Shown here one piece after another: positions 29,495 through 39,004 of a DNA stretch of 64,000 bases (within the stretch, counting starts at the first letter, position 1; every line of letters begins with the position of its first letter). The translations under genes and the position numbers were made by a program. The notes under the pieces are model-generated. The model saw only the letters and a program-made list of their open reading frames with translations. It was not told the DNA's origin and searched no databases. Source of the DNA: Clostridia bacterium (GTDB lineage: Bacteria; Bacillota; Clostridia; Christensenellales; Aristaeellaceae). The stretch spans positions 7,274-71,273 of the forward strand of contig JAFWZN010000049.1 of NCBI GenBank assembly GCA_017522345.1, read 5' to 3'.

Positions 29495-30646
29495 ATGAAA
29501 GCGATTATTAACGGCAGAATTATCACCCCCAACGGCACCATCGAAAACATGGCGCTTCTTTACGATGAGAAAATTCAGGGAATCGTTTCTCTCGATCAGA
29601 TCAATGACGCAGAAGTAATCGACGCGGAAGGCAAATACGTGCTTCCGGGTCTTGTAGATATGCACATTCACGGCTACCTCGGCGAGGACGCTTCCGATGG
29701 CGAGGAAGACGGCATCCGCAAAATGGCCAAGGGCATCGCAGCCAACGGCGTTACCAGCTGGCTGCCCACCACGATGACGGTTTCCTATGACGCGCTTGAA
29801 AAGGCCTTTGCCGCCATCAAGACCGTTATGGCAGAGACCAAGAAGGACGACTTTGACGGCGCCGAAATCATGGGCGTCAACGCCGAAGGTCCGTTCATCA
29901 ACGCCGCCAAGAAGGGCGCTCAGGCGGGCGAGCACATCCGCACCTGCGATCCCGAGTTCATTGATAAGTATTCCGACATCATCAAGGTGTTCACCGTTGC
30001 CCCCGAAGTCAAGGGCAACATGCGCGCCATCCGCGAAATCAAAAAGGCGCATCCCGAGATGCTGATCTCCATGGGCCACACCTCCGCCACCTTCGAGCAG
30101 GCTGAAAAGGCCGTTCGCGCAGGCGTTCGCCACGTAACCCACCTGTTCAATGCCCAGACGCCCCTTGCCCACAGAGATCCCGGCGTTGTCGGCTGCGCGC
30201 TTTGCGAATCCCGCGTTTCCGCCGAGCTGATTGCCGATATGTTCCACGTAAACAAGGCGCTTTTCAAGGTTGTCGCCGACGCCAAGAAGGATAAGCTCGT
30301 TCTGATTACCGACTGCACCCGCGCCGGCGGACTGACCGACGGCGAGTACACGCTGGGCGGTCAGCCCATCTTTGTTAAGGGCGTAGAGTGCCGTCTGGCG
30401 GACGGAACCATCGCCGGCAGCGTTCTTAAGCTCAACGAGGCTGTCCGCAATATGCATAACAGCTATCGCCGCCTGCCGCTTCACAAGGTTGTTAAGATGG
30501 CGTCCCTCAACCCTGCCAAGGCGATCGGCATTGACAAGACCAAGGGCTCCATCGAGGTTGGCAAGGATGCAGACTTCTGCTTTGCCGACGAGCAGTTTAA
30601 CATCAGCCGCACCATCCTTCGCGGCCGCACCATTTACGAAGCGTAA
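29495..30646 (+). CDS. nagA: N-acetylglucosamine-6-phosphate deacetylase
   Basis: VLPGLVDMHIHGY, HLFNAQ and an amidohydrolase fold pattern, 383 aa. Confidence 0.9.
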   Translation: MKAIINGRIITPNGTIENMALLYDEKIQGIVSLDQINDAEVIDAEGKYVLPGLVDMHIHGYLGEDASDGEEDGIRKMAKGIAANGVTSWLPTTMTVSYDALEKAFAAIKTVMAETKKDDFDGAEIMGVNAEGPFINAAKKGAQAGEHIRTCDPEFIDKYSDIIKVFTVAPEVKGNMRAIREIKKAHPEMLISMGHTSATFEQAEKAVRAGVRHVTHLFNAQTPLAHRDPGVVGCALCESRVSAELIADMFHVNKALFKVVADAKKDKLVLITDCTRAGGLTDGEYTLGGQPIFVKGVECRLADGTIAGSVLKLNEAVRNMHNSYRRLPLHKVVKMASLNPAKAIGIDKTKGSIEVGKDADFCFADEQFNISRTILRGRTIYEA

Positions 30647-30675
30647 TTTAAGCCGTTTATTGGAGGTTTTCGATT

Positions 30676-32049
30676 ATGGAACTTAAAATCAAAGCGCCCC
30701 TCGATCCTGGCTTTTACCCGATGGTTAAATTCGTCGACGAGTTTGACGCAGACGTTGCCAAAAGCGAAAAGCAGACCATCGCCGTAAGCGTTATCCGCAA
30801 TCAGGGCTACACCCACACCATCAAGATGGACGTTTTCAAAGACGGCATCGACGACGCGCGCAACTGCAAGGTTGTTGAACGCATCGTAAAGACCTTCCTT
30901 TGGGTATACGGCGGCTACAAAATCGTGATCGCCGGCTCCAAGGTGATTTATGAGCACATCAAAAAGTGCTATGCCGCCGACGGCGAGCGCGCCTTTGACA
31001 ACGACTTCATGGCCGGTGTTTACGAGCATCCCTTTGAGGTTGAGTTCGTTGCCTGCCCCAACTGCGCCCCCGAGACCAATGAGTCCGCAAGCCCCGTAGG
31101 CCGCCATCTGGACGGCTGCCGCATCGGCTTTGACGCAGGCGGCTCCGACGTGAAGGTTTCCGCGGTCATCGACGGCGAAAGCGTATATTCCGAAGAAATC
31201 GTCTGGCATCCCAAGACCCAGACCGATCCGAACTACCATTACAACGGAATCAGAAATGCCATGCTGAAGGCCGCCGAGAAGATGCCCCGCGTAGACGGCA
31301 TCGGCGTTTCCTCCGCAGGCGTTTACATCGACAACCGCGCGATGGTTGCCTCTCTTTTCATCAAGCTGTCTCCCGAAGACAAGGAAAAGTGCAAGAACAT
31401 CTATCTTGACGTTGCCAAGTCCATTGGCGACATGCCCATCGAAGTTGCCAACGACGGCGACGTTACCGCCCTTGCCGGCGCGATGGATTTAAACGACAAC
31501 CGCGTTTTAGGCATTGCCATGGGCACCAGCGAAGCGGGCGGCTATGTTGACGGAAACGGCAACATCACCGGCTGGCTTAACGAGCTCGCGTTCGTTCCCG
31601 TTGACGTGAACCCTGAAGCCATGGTCGACGAATGGTCCGGAGACGTCGGCTGCGGCGTTAAGTATTTCTCTCAGGATTCCGTCATCAAGCTTTGTCCCGC
31701 AGCGGGCATTGAGCTGGACGAGAGCCTGACGCTTGCCGAGAAGCTCAAGTACGTTCAGACCCTTCATGCAAACGGAGATTCCAGAACCAACGGCATTTAT
31801 GAAACCATCGGCGTATACTTCGGCTATCAGCTCGCCTACTATGCCAAGTTCTACGACATCGCCCACGTTCTCATCATGGGCCGCGTAACCTCCGGCACCG
31901 GCGGACAGATCCTGCTTGCCAAGGCAAAGGAAGTTCTTGAAGCCGAATATCCCGAGCTGGCAAAGAAAATGCAGCTCCACATCCCCGATGAAGCAAGCCG
32001 CCGCGTAGGTCAGTCTGTCGCCGCCGCGAGCCTGCCGCTGATCAAGTAA
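30676..32049 (+). CDS. ASKHA-fold sugar kinase (ROK-like) with ~150 aa N-terminal extension
   Basis: IGFDAGGSDVKVS (phosphate-1), ANDGDVTALAGA and GIAMGTSEAGGYV. The CxCGxxGC zinc motif of classic ROK kinases is not seen. Adjacent to nagA. Confidence 0.6.
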   Translation: MELKIKAPLDPGFYPMVKFVDEFDADVAKSEKQTIAVSVIRNQGYTHTIKMDVFKDGIDDARNCKVVERIVKTFLWVYGGYKIVIAGSKVIYEHIKKCYAADGERAFDNDFMAGVYEHPFEVEFVACPNCAPETNESASPVGRHLDGCRIGFDAGGSDVKVSAVIDGESVYSEEIVWHPKTQTDPNYHYNGIRNAMLKAAEKMPRVDGIGVSSAGVYIDNRAMVASLFIKLSPEDKEKCKNIYLDVAKSIGDMPIEVANDGDVTALAGAMDLNDNRVLGIAMGTSEAGGYVDGNGNITGWLNELAFVPVDVNPEAMVDEWSGDVGCGVKYFSQDSVIKLCPAAGIELDESLTLAEKLKYVQTLHANGDSRTNGIYETIGVYFGYQLAYYAKFYDIAHVLIMGRVTSGTGGQILLAKAKEVLEAEYPELAKKMQLHIPDEASRRVGQSVAAASLPLIK

Positions 32050-32074
32050 GAAAGCAAGTTTATTTGTCCAATGT

Positions 32075-32115
32075 AAAGTGCGCAGAGTGAGGATCGCCTC
32101 ATTCTGCGCACTTTT
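32075..32115 (+). terminator. rho-independent terminator after the nagA-kinase pair
   Basis: aaagtgcgcaga ... tctgcgcacttt followed by a T-run. Confidence 0.85.
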
Positions 32116-32279
32116 ATCTGAAAACAATCAAAACGGGACGTAAGATATGGCTCCTGAAGCGGAAAAACGATGATTTCTTGGTTAAGGAGCCATATATCAC
32201 GTACCGTATTTTTGCGGGATACCCTGTTGAATATGAAAAAACTACATTTAAAGCAACCCTTTTAATCACTTTCGATTGC

Positions 32280-33560
32280 CTATGCTTTTTTCTTTTTTCC
32301 TTTATGCTTCTTGGAGGGCGTTTCTTTGCGGGGGGAAGGGGGGGCCTGCTTGACAGCAGGTTCAGCGACGGGCTCCGGGATTGTCTCTATATCTGTAGGC
32401 GGCGCATCGCCTTTGCACGCGCTTTGCGAATCGGAAAACAGATTGTCAATGGCGCTGGGAATCCGGGCGTCCACCGCCTCGTCAATTAGGGTGTATACGA
32501 CCGACACGACCGGCACAAACAGCATCATGCCGGCAATGCCCATGAGGCTTCCGCCGATGGATACGGCAAACAGCGTAAGATACGCCGGAAGACCGACGGA
32601 TTCGCCGACCACGCGGGGGTAGATGATATTGCCTTCCACCTGCTGAACGACCAGAAACACGATAATAAACACAAGCGCGCTCTGGGGGGATTCAAGCAGT
32701 ATGATAATTGAACCGAAAGCCAAGGAAACAAAGGCGCCGACATAGGGAATGAGCGCGAAAACCATGGTGAGACTGCTGATGGACATGGCGTAAGGGAGAT
32801 CGAAAATCAGCATGCCGGCAAATAGTATAGCGGCCAGAATGAACGCTTCCAGACACTGCATGGAAAGAAAACGGCTGAAGGCGGAAACAAATAAGGAGCA
32901 GGTGCGGCTGATATAGGCTGCGACCTTTTTGGGAAGGAATGCAAACAGAATTCTGCGCGAGGATTTTGAAATGCGCTTTCGGTCAGCCAATATGTAAATG
33001 GCGAGCATAATGCACATAAGGGCTGAGGTCAGCGAGGAAAAGATGGAAACGGTGGTTGAGAAGGTCACATTCAACGTGACGTTTAGGATGTCGCGGATGT
33101 TGCCCTGAATCCATGCGCTGATTTTGTCAACCAGCGTCTGTATCGCAGCGGAATCAAGGCCGAACCGGGAGGTGAAATTGATAATTTCATCCCTGTTCTG
33201 ATTGACGCTTACGATCAGCTCGTCAATCGCTTCGACAAATTCCGGAACGATAAACATGACGATGCCAATAATGACCATGGGGGTCAGAATCAAAACCAGC
33301 GTCAGAGAGATGACGCCCCGTGTTTTTTCCGAGATCAGGTGCTTTTTGTCGATTCTTCTTAAAAGCTTTTCAATGCCGCGCAGCGGCACGTTTAAAATCA
33401 GCGCAAGCGCAAAGCCCAGCCCCATGGGACTTAAAAGCCCCCAGATTTTTTCCAGAAACCCGGCGATTGAATCAAGATTCATTAAGGCGGCAAACAGCAC
33501 GACGGCGAATATGATGGTAGACATCCAGACCTTTAACTGGCGGTTATCGGTTCGATTCAT
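32280..33560 (-). CDS. AI-2E (PerM/UPF0118) family transporter
   Basis: Polytopic, with LVVQQVEGNIIYPRVVGESVGLP and GGSLMGIAGMMLFVP motifs and a Lys-rich tail. Lies 12 nt downstream of the GRE gene. Confidence 0.85.
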   Translation of the reverse strand: MNRTDNRQLKVWMSTIIFAVVLFAALMNLDSIAGFLEKIWGLLSPMGLGFALALILNVPLRGIEKLLRRIDKKHLISEKTRGVISLTLVLILTPMVIIGIVMFIVPEFVEAIDELIVSVNQNRDEIINFTSRFGLDSAAIQTLVDKISAWIQGNIRDILNVTLNVTFSTTVSIFSSLTSALMCIMLAIYILADRKRISKSSRRILFAFLPKKVAAYISRTCSLFVSAFSRFLSMQCLEAFILAAILFAGMLIFDLPYAMSISSLTMVFALIPYVGAFVSLAFGSIIILLESPQSALVFIIVFLVVQQVEGNIIYPRVVGESVGLPAYLTLFAVSIGGSLMGIAGMMLFVPVVSVVYTLIDEAVDARIPSAIDNLFSDSQSACKGDAPPTDIETIPEPVAEPAVKQAPPSPRKETPSKKHKGKKKKA

Positions 33561-33572
33561 GACGGTTCTCCT

Positions 33573-35546
33573 TTACCTGTAGCTTGCGCGCATCAGAATC
33601 TGATCCTGATACGCAGCGTCCAATTGTACGAAATGACCGCTCCAGCCCCATACGCGCACGATGAGATTTTTGTGATTCTCCGGATGAATGCGCGCGTCTT
33701 TGAGAGTTTCGATATTGACGGCGTTCAGCTGAAGCTGATGTCCGCCCAGAGCGATGAAGGTTTTAACAAGCATGGCGACTTTTTCCATGCCTTCTTTGTT
33801 TCGCATGACGCTGTCATGAATTTCAAGCGTCAGAGGGCCGCCGTTTATGACGCGCGACAGCCCCGGACGCGCCATATGCCTTAGAACGGTGAGAGGACCC
33901 GCGTCCCGGACAAGAAGCGAGGGAGAAAAGTTGGCTGCGAGGCGATCGCCGGGCAGATGTCCGTTGGACATGGAGGCGATTTCGTCCGCGTGCCAGAGAT
34001 AGTACATTGCGCTGCCCGTTCCGGGACGGAAAATGCCGCCGAATTCATTTCTGAGCGGGGAGAGCGCGTCGGCAAACGCGTCTAAGAGAAAATCTGCAAG
34101 CTCAATGCATTCGTCGTCCCGTCCAAGCTTGGGCGCAGATTCCCTTAACATGCGAAGAAGCGCGGGGTTTGATTGGAAATGATCCGAAAGAGCGTCTGTC
34201 AGCGCGTCGCGCGTCACGCTTTTTTCATCAAAAAGGTATTTTTTGACGGCAGCCAGCTGATCGACGGCATCGGAAAAGCCGGTTCCATGAACGCCGTAGT
34301 TTCTGTATTTCGCGCCGGAGGATATGTCTTTAACGTAATCGCTCATCAGAACGCTTTGATACGGCGCGGGCTCCATCCATAGGGAATCGACTTCGCGTCT
34401 GACACCTTGGGCTGCAGCCTGCAGACGTTTTTTTACGGTATCGAGTACGGTTTCGAAGGAATCCGCGGTTTGAATGGAGGAAAGAATGCTTTCGTGAACC
34501 TCTTTTGCAAGGGAGATTGCAGCGATGTTTGGGATATCCATACCCTTTCCGGGGATGATGAATTCCCAGCAGGCGGCGACGGTGTAATCGCGGGCGTCCT
34601 CAAGGTCGTAGCCCATTTTGACGAGGGCGGGGATGACGATATCGTCGTTTGCATACTGCGGAAAGCCGAGTCCCTGCTTGGTTAGCTCGGTCGCGGCAAT
34701 GTAGAGCTCATTGGGCGTATCTTTATTTACGCGCAGATTGATTTTGGGATCGATTCTTCTGTTGTTGAGCGAGGCTTTTAAGCATAGGTACGTCAGCTCG
34801 TTGACCGCGTTTTTTCCGTCCCGCGTCACGCCGCCCAGCATCAGGCTCTGTCCGTTGTCGCCCTGCTGCATGCCGGTATACAGGTCGCTGTCGCGGTTGA
34901 AGGACAGGAAGAGCTCTTCGGTATATAAAAGCGCTTCCGCCTCGGTGATAAAGCCGCTTTCGACGTCTTTTTTGAAATACGGGTACATGTATTGGTCGAA
35001 TCTGCCGAGCGTATTGTGGTAAACATTGCTCGCCCAGAGCGCGAAATGGAGAATGCGAAGCGCTTTCAGCGCGTCAAGGTAATGCTCTGCGCCGTAGCGG
35101 ATGGCGTTTGAGAGCGCTTCGTCCTCGTAGCGGTCGGCGTAAGCGATGACGGCGTCGATGGTGAGGTCTCGCGCTGGATGACCGGTTTTTCTTTTGAGAA
35201 GACCGCCGGAAATTACGCCCGCCCAGTCGCTTGACAGGTTGCACACGCGCCCCTGCTCGTGGACGTGACGCCCCGCCTGCAGGCGCTCCTTTTCGCCTTC
35301 CTGATAGATGTCCGGAAAAGACGGGACGGTGCGCCAGCCGTAGATATGTTCATCGGGCATACGTATGATTTTTTCATTTTCAAGAAAGCGTTTTAAGCGA
35401 AGCGCTGCGCGCATTTCAAGCGAAAGATCGTCCGATTGGATTTCCTTTTCGATTTTTTCAGCGGTTTTGCTGTCGAGCGGCGCGCGCAGCGATTTGTTTT
35501 TTCCCAGAATCAGATTGCTGCGCTGATGATCCATCCAGCTGGTCAA
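33573..35546 (-). CDS. glycyl radical enzyme, PFL2/dehydratase-like, unusually short (657 aa)
   Basis: C-terminal LIVRVWGWSGHFVQL (glycyl radical loop context) and catalytic Cys loop VAACWEFIIPG. Overlaps the activase stop by 4 nt. Confidence 0.8.
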   Translation of the reverse strand: MTSWMDHQRSNLILGKNKSLRAPLDSKTAEKIEKEIQSDDLSLEMRAALRLKRFLENEKIIRMPDEHIYGWRTVPSFPDIYQEGEKERLQAGRHVHEQGRVCNLSSDWAGVISGGLLKRKTGHPARDLTIDAVIAYADRYEDEALSNAIRYGAEHYLDALKALRILHFALWASNVYHNTLGRFDQYMYPYFKKDVESGFITEAEALLYTEELFLSFNRDSDLYTGMQQGDNGQSLMLGGVTRDGKNAVNELTYLCLKASLNNRRIDPKINLRVNKDTPNELYIAATELTKQGLGFPQYANDDIVIPALVKMGYDLEDARDYTVAACWEFIIPGKGMDIPNIAAISLAKEVHESILSSIQTADSFETVLDTVKKRLQAAAQGVRREVDSLWMEPAPYQSVLMSDYVKDISSGAKYRNYGVHGTGFSDAVDQLAAVKKYLFDEKSVTRDALTDALSDHFQSNPALLRMLRESAPKLGRDDECIELADFLLDAFADALSPLRNEFGGIFRPGTGSAMYYLWHADEIASMSNGHLPGDRLAANFSPSLLVRDAGPLTVLRHMARPGLSRVINGGPLTLEIHDSVMRNKEGMEKVAMLVKTFIALGGHQLQLNAVNIETLKDARIHPENHKNLIVRVWGWSGHFVQLDAAYQDQILMRASYR

Positions 35547-36394
35547 AGCACGATCACCTCCATGTTTTCACGTTCAAACGGAGCTTTTATGATGTTGACT
35601 TCTGCGTTTTCATTGAAAGACGGCTTGTATTTTTTTCCGGCGCTTTCATATTTCGCGCCTGCGGCTTTGTGATAGGGAAGGAGCGCGACGCGGTGAAGCT
35701 GCTTTGCGCCCTTTATAAGCTGCGCCGTCGCATTCATATTATGAAGCGTGTCGTTCACGCCCGGAATCAGGGGTATATTGATTTGAAAGGGAACGCCGCT
35801 ATTTTTGAGAATTTCAAGATTTTTGAGAATTTTATCGTTTTTCACGCCGGTATAGTGTAAATGCGCTTCGGGATCAATGACCTTCAGGTCCATAATCACG
35901 TAATCCAGTTCGGAAATAACGCGCTTGAAAACGTCCTGTTCCGCATAGCCGCTGGTTTCAATCGCGGCGTGCATGGGGCGAAGGAGACGGCGAATTTCGA
36001 GCAGGAATTCGCTCTGCATAAGCGGTTCTCCGCCGCTGAAGGTAACCCCGCCCATGTTCATTTTAAGAAGATCCGCGTTTTTATAAACCCTTTCTGCGAC
36101 GTCCTCGGCCCTAACGTCGAGCCCGGCGATAGAGATAAGGCCCTGCCTGCATGCGTATAGGCACTGCATGCAGCCGGTGCATTTTCCTTTGCCGCCCGTG
36201 GGGCAAACGGCATTGCACGCGCCGCAATGCGCGCACAGGCGCACCTTTGTAATGCGAGTCGGCGCAAAATCAAGCCCTTCCGGGTTATGACACCACATGC
36301 AGCGAAGCGGGCAGCCTTTAAAAAAGATTACCGTGCGGATACCGGGGCCGTCGTACACCGCGAATTCTTCAATATCGAATATTTTACCAAGCAC
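35543..36394 (-). CDS. glycyl-radical enzyme activating protein (radical SAM)
   Basis: CPLRCMWCHNPE (CxxxCxxC), a ferredoxin-like insert CAHCGACNAVCP...CTGCMQCLYAC and GGVTFSGGEP. GTG start after GGGAGA. Confidence 0.9.
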   Translation of the reverse strand: MLGKIFDIEEFAVYDGPGIRTVIFFKGCPLRCMWCHNPEGLDFAPTRITKVRLCAHCGACNAVCPTGGKGKCTGCMQCLYACRQGLISIAGLDVRAEDVAERVYKNADLLKMNMGGVTFSGGEPLMQSEFLLEIRRLLRPMHAAIETSGYAEQDVFKRVISELDYVIMDLKVIDPEAHLHYTGVKNDKILKNLEILKNSGVPFQINIPLIPGVNDTLHNMNATAQLIKGAKQLHRVALLPYHKAAGAKYESAGKKYKPSFNENAEVNIIKAPFERENMEVIVL

Positions 36395-36413
36395 AGCATA
36401 TTTCTCCCAATTT

Positions 36414-36456
36414 GAAAAGCCGAACGAGGCTGCGTTTGCGCAGTCGTTCGGCTTTC
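36414..36456 (-). terminator. rho-independent terminator after murA
   Basis: On the minus strand: gaaagccgaacga ... tcgttcggcttttc. It ends only a few nt before the activase RBS. Confidence 0.7.
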
Positions 36457-36466
36457 ATTTCACGTC

Positions 36467-37750
36467 TTATACATTCGGGAACATGTTTTCGTCAACGAGT
36501 CTGCGGCGAACGTCCGCGCCCAGCAAACGCAGCTTTTCATCGATGCGCTCATAGCCGCGCAGGATGTAATGAATTCCGCGGATGCTGCTCTCGCCTTCTG
36601 CAATCAGGGAGGCGACGATCATGGCCGCGCCGGCGCGAAGGTCGGTAGCGGTGATGGAGGAGGCGGTCAGGCGTTTTACGCCGTGTATGCGCGCGATGCG
36701 GTTATCGACGTCGATATCCGCGCCCATGCGCTTTAATTCCTCCACATATTTGAACCGGCTTTCAAATACCGTTTCGTTGACGGAGCTTTCCCCCGCGACG
36801 GTTGCGAGCATCGCCGTCATGGGCTGCTGAAGATCGGTGGGGAACCCGGGATAAACCTGTGTTTTCACGCTGATCGGGCGAAGAATGCCTTCTGAGCGCA
36901 CGCGGATCAGATCGTCCGAATCGGTGACGTGTACGCCCATTTCAAGCAGCTTTGCCGTCAAGGACTCCATATGGGTTGGAATCGCGCCGTGAATGGTGAC
37001 GTCGCCGTGCGTTGCGGCGGCGGCAATCATGAGCGTGCCCGTTTCGATTTGGTCGGGGATGACGGCGTAGTTGGAGCCGTGCAGCGGGCGTCCGCCGCGA
37101 ATTCGGATCACGTCGGTGCCTGCGCCCTTGACCCATGCGCCCATAGAGGACAGGAAGTTCGCCGTGTCAACGATGTGAGGCTCGCGGGCGGCGTTGTGAA
37201 TGGTGGTATTGCCCTCGGCGCACACGGCCGCAAGCATGGTATTGATGGTTGCGCCGACGGATGGAAAGTCCAAAAAGATTTCGGTTCCCTTGAAATTATC
37301 GGTGACGCGCGCGGAAATGACGTCGCCTGCAAGATCAACGTCCACGCCAAGGGAAGTAAGGCCCTTGATCGTGTAGTCGATCGGGCGCTTACCGATATTG
37401 CAGCCGCCGGGCATAGGCACGTTGGCCGAGCCCAGTCTTCCCAGAAGCACAGGAACCAGATAATAAGACGCACGCATCTTCGAAACCAGATCAACCGGCG
37501 GGTTATCCTTCGTGATGCCGCGCGGGTCAATGTACATCACGCCGTCTTTGAATTCAACGTCGGCGCCAAGCCATTTGAGCATATCGCGCAGGCAGTATAC
37601 GTCGTCTATATCGGGCAGATTTTCTATAGTGGAAGGAGAGTCGGCCAAAACAGCGGCGGGAATGATCGCAACAGCCGCGTTTTTACCGCCGCTGACGCTG
37701 ACTTCTCCCCGAAGCCTTGTGCCGCCCTGAATACACAATGTCTCAATCAT
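36467..37750 (-). CDS. murA: UDP-N-acetylglucosamine 1-carboxyvinyltransferase
   Basis: ISGGKNAAVAIIPA and the catalytic loop GGCNIGKRPID. 427 aa with a full-length MurA pattern. Confidence 0.95.
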   Translation of the reverse strand: MIETLCIQGGTRLRGEVSVSGGKNAAVAIIPAAVLADSPSTIENLPDIDDVYCLRDMLKWLGADVEFKDGVMYIDPRGITKDNPPVDLVSKMRASYYLVPVLLGRLGSANVPMPGGCNIGKRPIDYTIKGLTSLGVDVDLAGDVISARVTDNFKGTEIFLDFPSVGATINTMLAAVCAEGNTTIHNAAREPHIVDTANFLSSMGAWVKGAGTDVIRIRGGRPLHGSNYAVIPDQIETGTLMIAAAATHGDVTIHGAIPTHMESLTAKLLEMGVHVTDSDDLIRVRSEGILRPISVKTQVYPGFPTDLQQPMTAMLATVAGESSVNETVFESRFKYVEELKRMGADIDVDNRIARIHGVKRLTASSITATDLRAGAAMIVASLIAEGESSIRGIHYILRGYERIDEKLRLLGADVRRRLVDENMFPNV

Positions 37751-37809
37751 GCTCGCTAATCTCCGTTCAGGCGGAGCCTTTCATTATTTTAGATCAGTGT
37801 GGCCGATGA

Positions 37810-38025
37810 CTATCTGCGCGCATGGGGACATGCGCCCGCGCAGCAGCCGCCTGCGTTCGGGCAGGCGGGCGCTTCCGCCTTTTTGATGAAGTTGCGCTTG
37901 CCCATCCAATTTCTTTCGCCCTTCGCGCCGCAGTCGGGGCACAGAGCAAAATCCTTATCCTTCATGGACAAAAGCTCTTCAAATTGTTTTCCGCATTCCG
38001 GGCAGAGAAACGAATACATCGGCAT
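37810..38025 (-). CDS. FmdB family zinc-ribbon protein
   Basis: MPMYSFLCPECGKQFE...CPDCG, a typical FmdB/CxxC-x-CxxC start. The longer ORF start was trimmed to the MP.Y..C motif. Confidence 0.75.
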   Translation of the reverse strand: MPMYSFLCPECGKQFEELLSMKDKDFALCPDCGAKGERNWMGKRNFIKKAEAPACPNAGGCCAGACPHARR

Positions 38026-38137
38026 ACAATCACACCTACTTTGTGCATAAGAGCCCACATAGCATTATACTCTTATTTTTTCATCTTATCAAGTAAATTC
38101 GAACATTTTATGATGAAGGTTTTCTAAAATAAATGAT

Positions 38138-38162
38138 AAAAGGAGCGCGCTTGCTCCTTTTA
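38138..38162. terminator. terminator hairpin
   Basis: aaaaggagc gcgctt gctcctttt between co-directional minus-strand genes: the FmdB-like gene (upstream, ends 37810) and proC (38183-38971). A/T runs flank both sides, so the served strand is unclear. Confidence 0.75.
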
Positions 38163-38182
38163 TTCGGTGAAAGGGCGAAAGT

Positions 38183-38971
38183 TTACTTGCCGTATTGCAT
38201 GACTGCGTCCACGGCGTCCATAAAGGCGGAGCGCATCCCTGCTTTTTCAAGCGCCTGAACGCCTCTTATGGTCGTTCCCAGGGGGGAGCATACGCCGTCC
38301 TTGATTTCGCCGGGATGAAGACCGGTTTCAAGCTGCATTTTTGCCGTTCCCAAGGTCATCTGCGCGGCCAGCGCGTAGGCGGTCTTTCGGGGAATGCCGT
38401 ATTTGACGCCCGCGTCGGACAGCGCTTCAAGAACCATCGCGATAAACGCGGGGCCGCAGCCGGCAACAGCTGCGCCGGCAGGCATCAGGCGGGAGGGGAG
38501 CGTAAACACGCTTCCGATTTTTGAGAACATATCAAATACCCACGCATGCTCGCTTTCTGTCAGGTTGTGCTTTTCTTCAAACATCAAAACGCCTTCGCCC
38601 ACCGAGGAGGGGGTGTTGGGCATGATGTAAAGGTGGCGCACGGAGGGGGGCAAAAGTTTTTCATATCTGTCAAAATCGTAGCCGGAAATGACGGACAGCA
38701 TGATTTTGTCCTTTAAACAATTGCCGCTTTCCTCTAAAACGGCTTCAATATGATAGGGCTTTACGGCAAAGAGGATGGCGTCTGTGTCCTTGGCCATCTG
38801 CTCGAGCGATTCTGAGATGTGAAAGCCCAATTCTTTAGAAAACGCACGAAGCTTTTCGGGGTGATGACCGCACACATAGACGTTGTCCGCGTCAATTGCG
38901 CCAAATTCGATCAAGCCGCGAATGAGCGCTCCTCCCATATTGCCCGCGCCCAAAAATCCTAATTTTTTCAT
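38183..38971 (-). CDS. proC: pyrroline-5-carboxylate reductase
   Basis: LGFLGAGNMGGALIRG (NADP site) and the C-terminal SPLGTTIRGV motif. Confidence 0.92.
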   Translation of the reverse strand: MKKLGFLGAGNMGGALIRGLIEFGAIDADNVYVCGHHPEKLRAFSKELGFHISESLEQMAKDTDAILFAVKPYHIEAVLEESGNCLKDKIMLSVISGYDFDRYEKLLPPSVRHLYIMPNTPSSVGEGVLMFEEKHNLTESEHAWVFDMFSKIGSVFTLPSRLMPAGAAVAGCGPAFIAMVLEALSDAGVKYGIPRKTAYALAAQMTLGTAKMQLETGLHPGEIKDGVCSPLGTTIRGVQALEKAGMRSAFMDAVDAVMQYGK

Positions 38972-39004
38972 CTGTTTTCCGCCTTTCGGATCGTTGTGTA
39001 TGGT

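Noticed and set aside
29459-30484. 341 aa ORF antisense to nagA. Similar cases lie at 10081-10980, 20155-21048, 36929-37759, 42045-42998, 50097-51104, 52693-53664, 55588-56826 and 61712-62500.
   Set aside because: Each is the mirror of a gene with clear family motifs. None has an independent RBS or promoter, and all have biased composition.
32145-32195. 10 bp inverted repeat (atatggctcc ... ggagccatat) between the kinase gene and the AI-2E gene
   Set aside because: The stem is short, the loop is 31 nt, and there is no adjoining T-run on either strand. The evidence is insufficient to call a terminator or a regulatory element.
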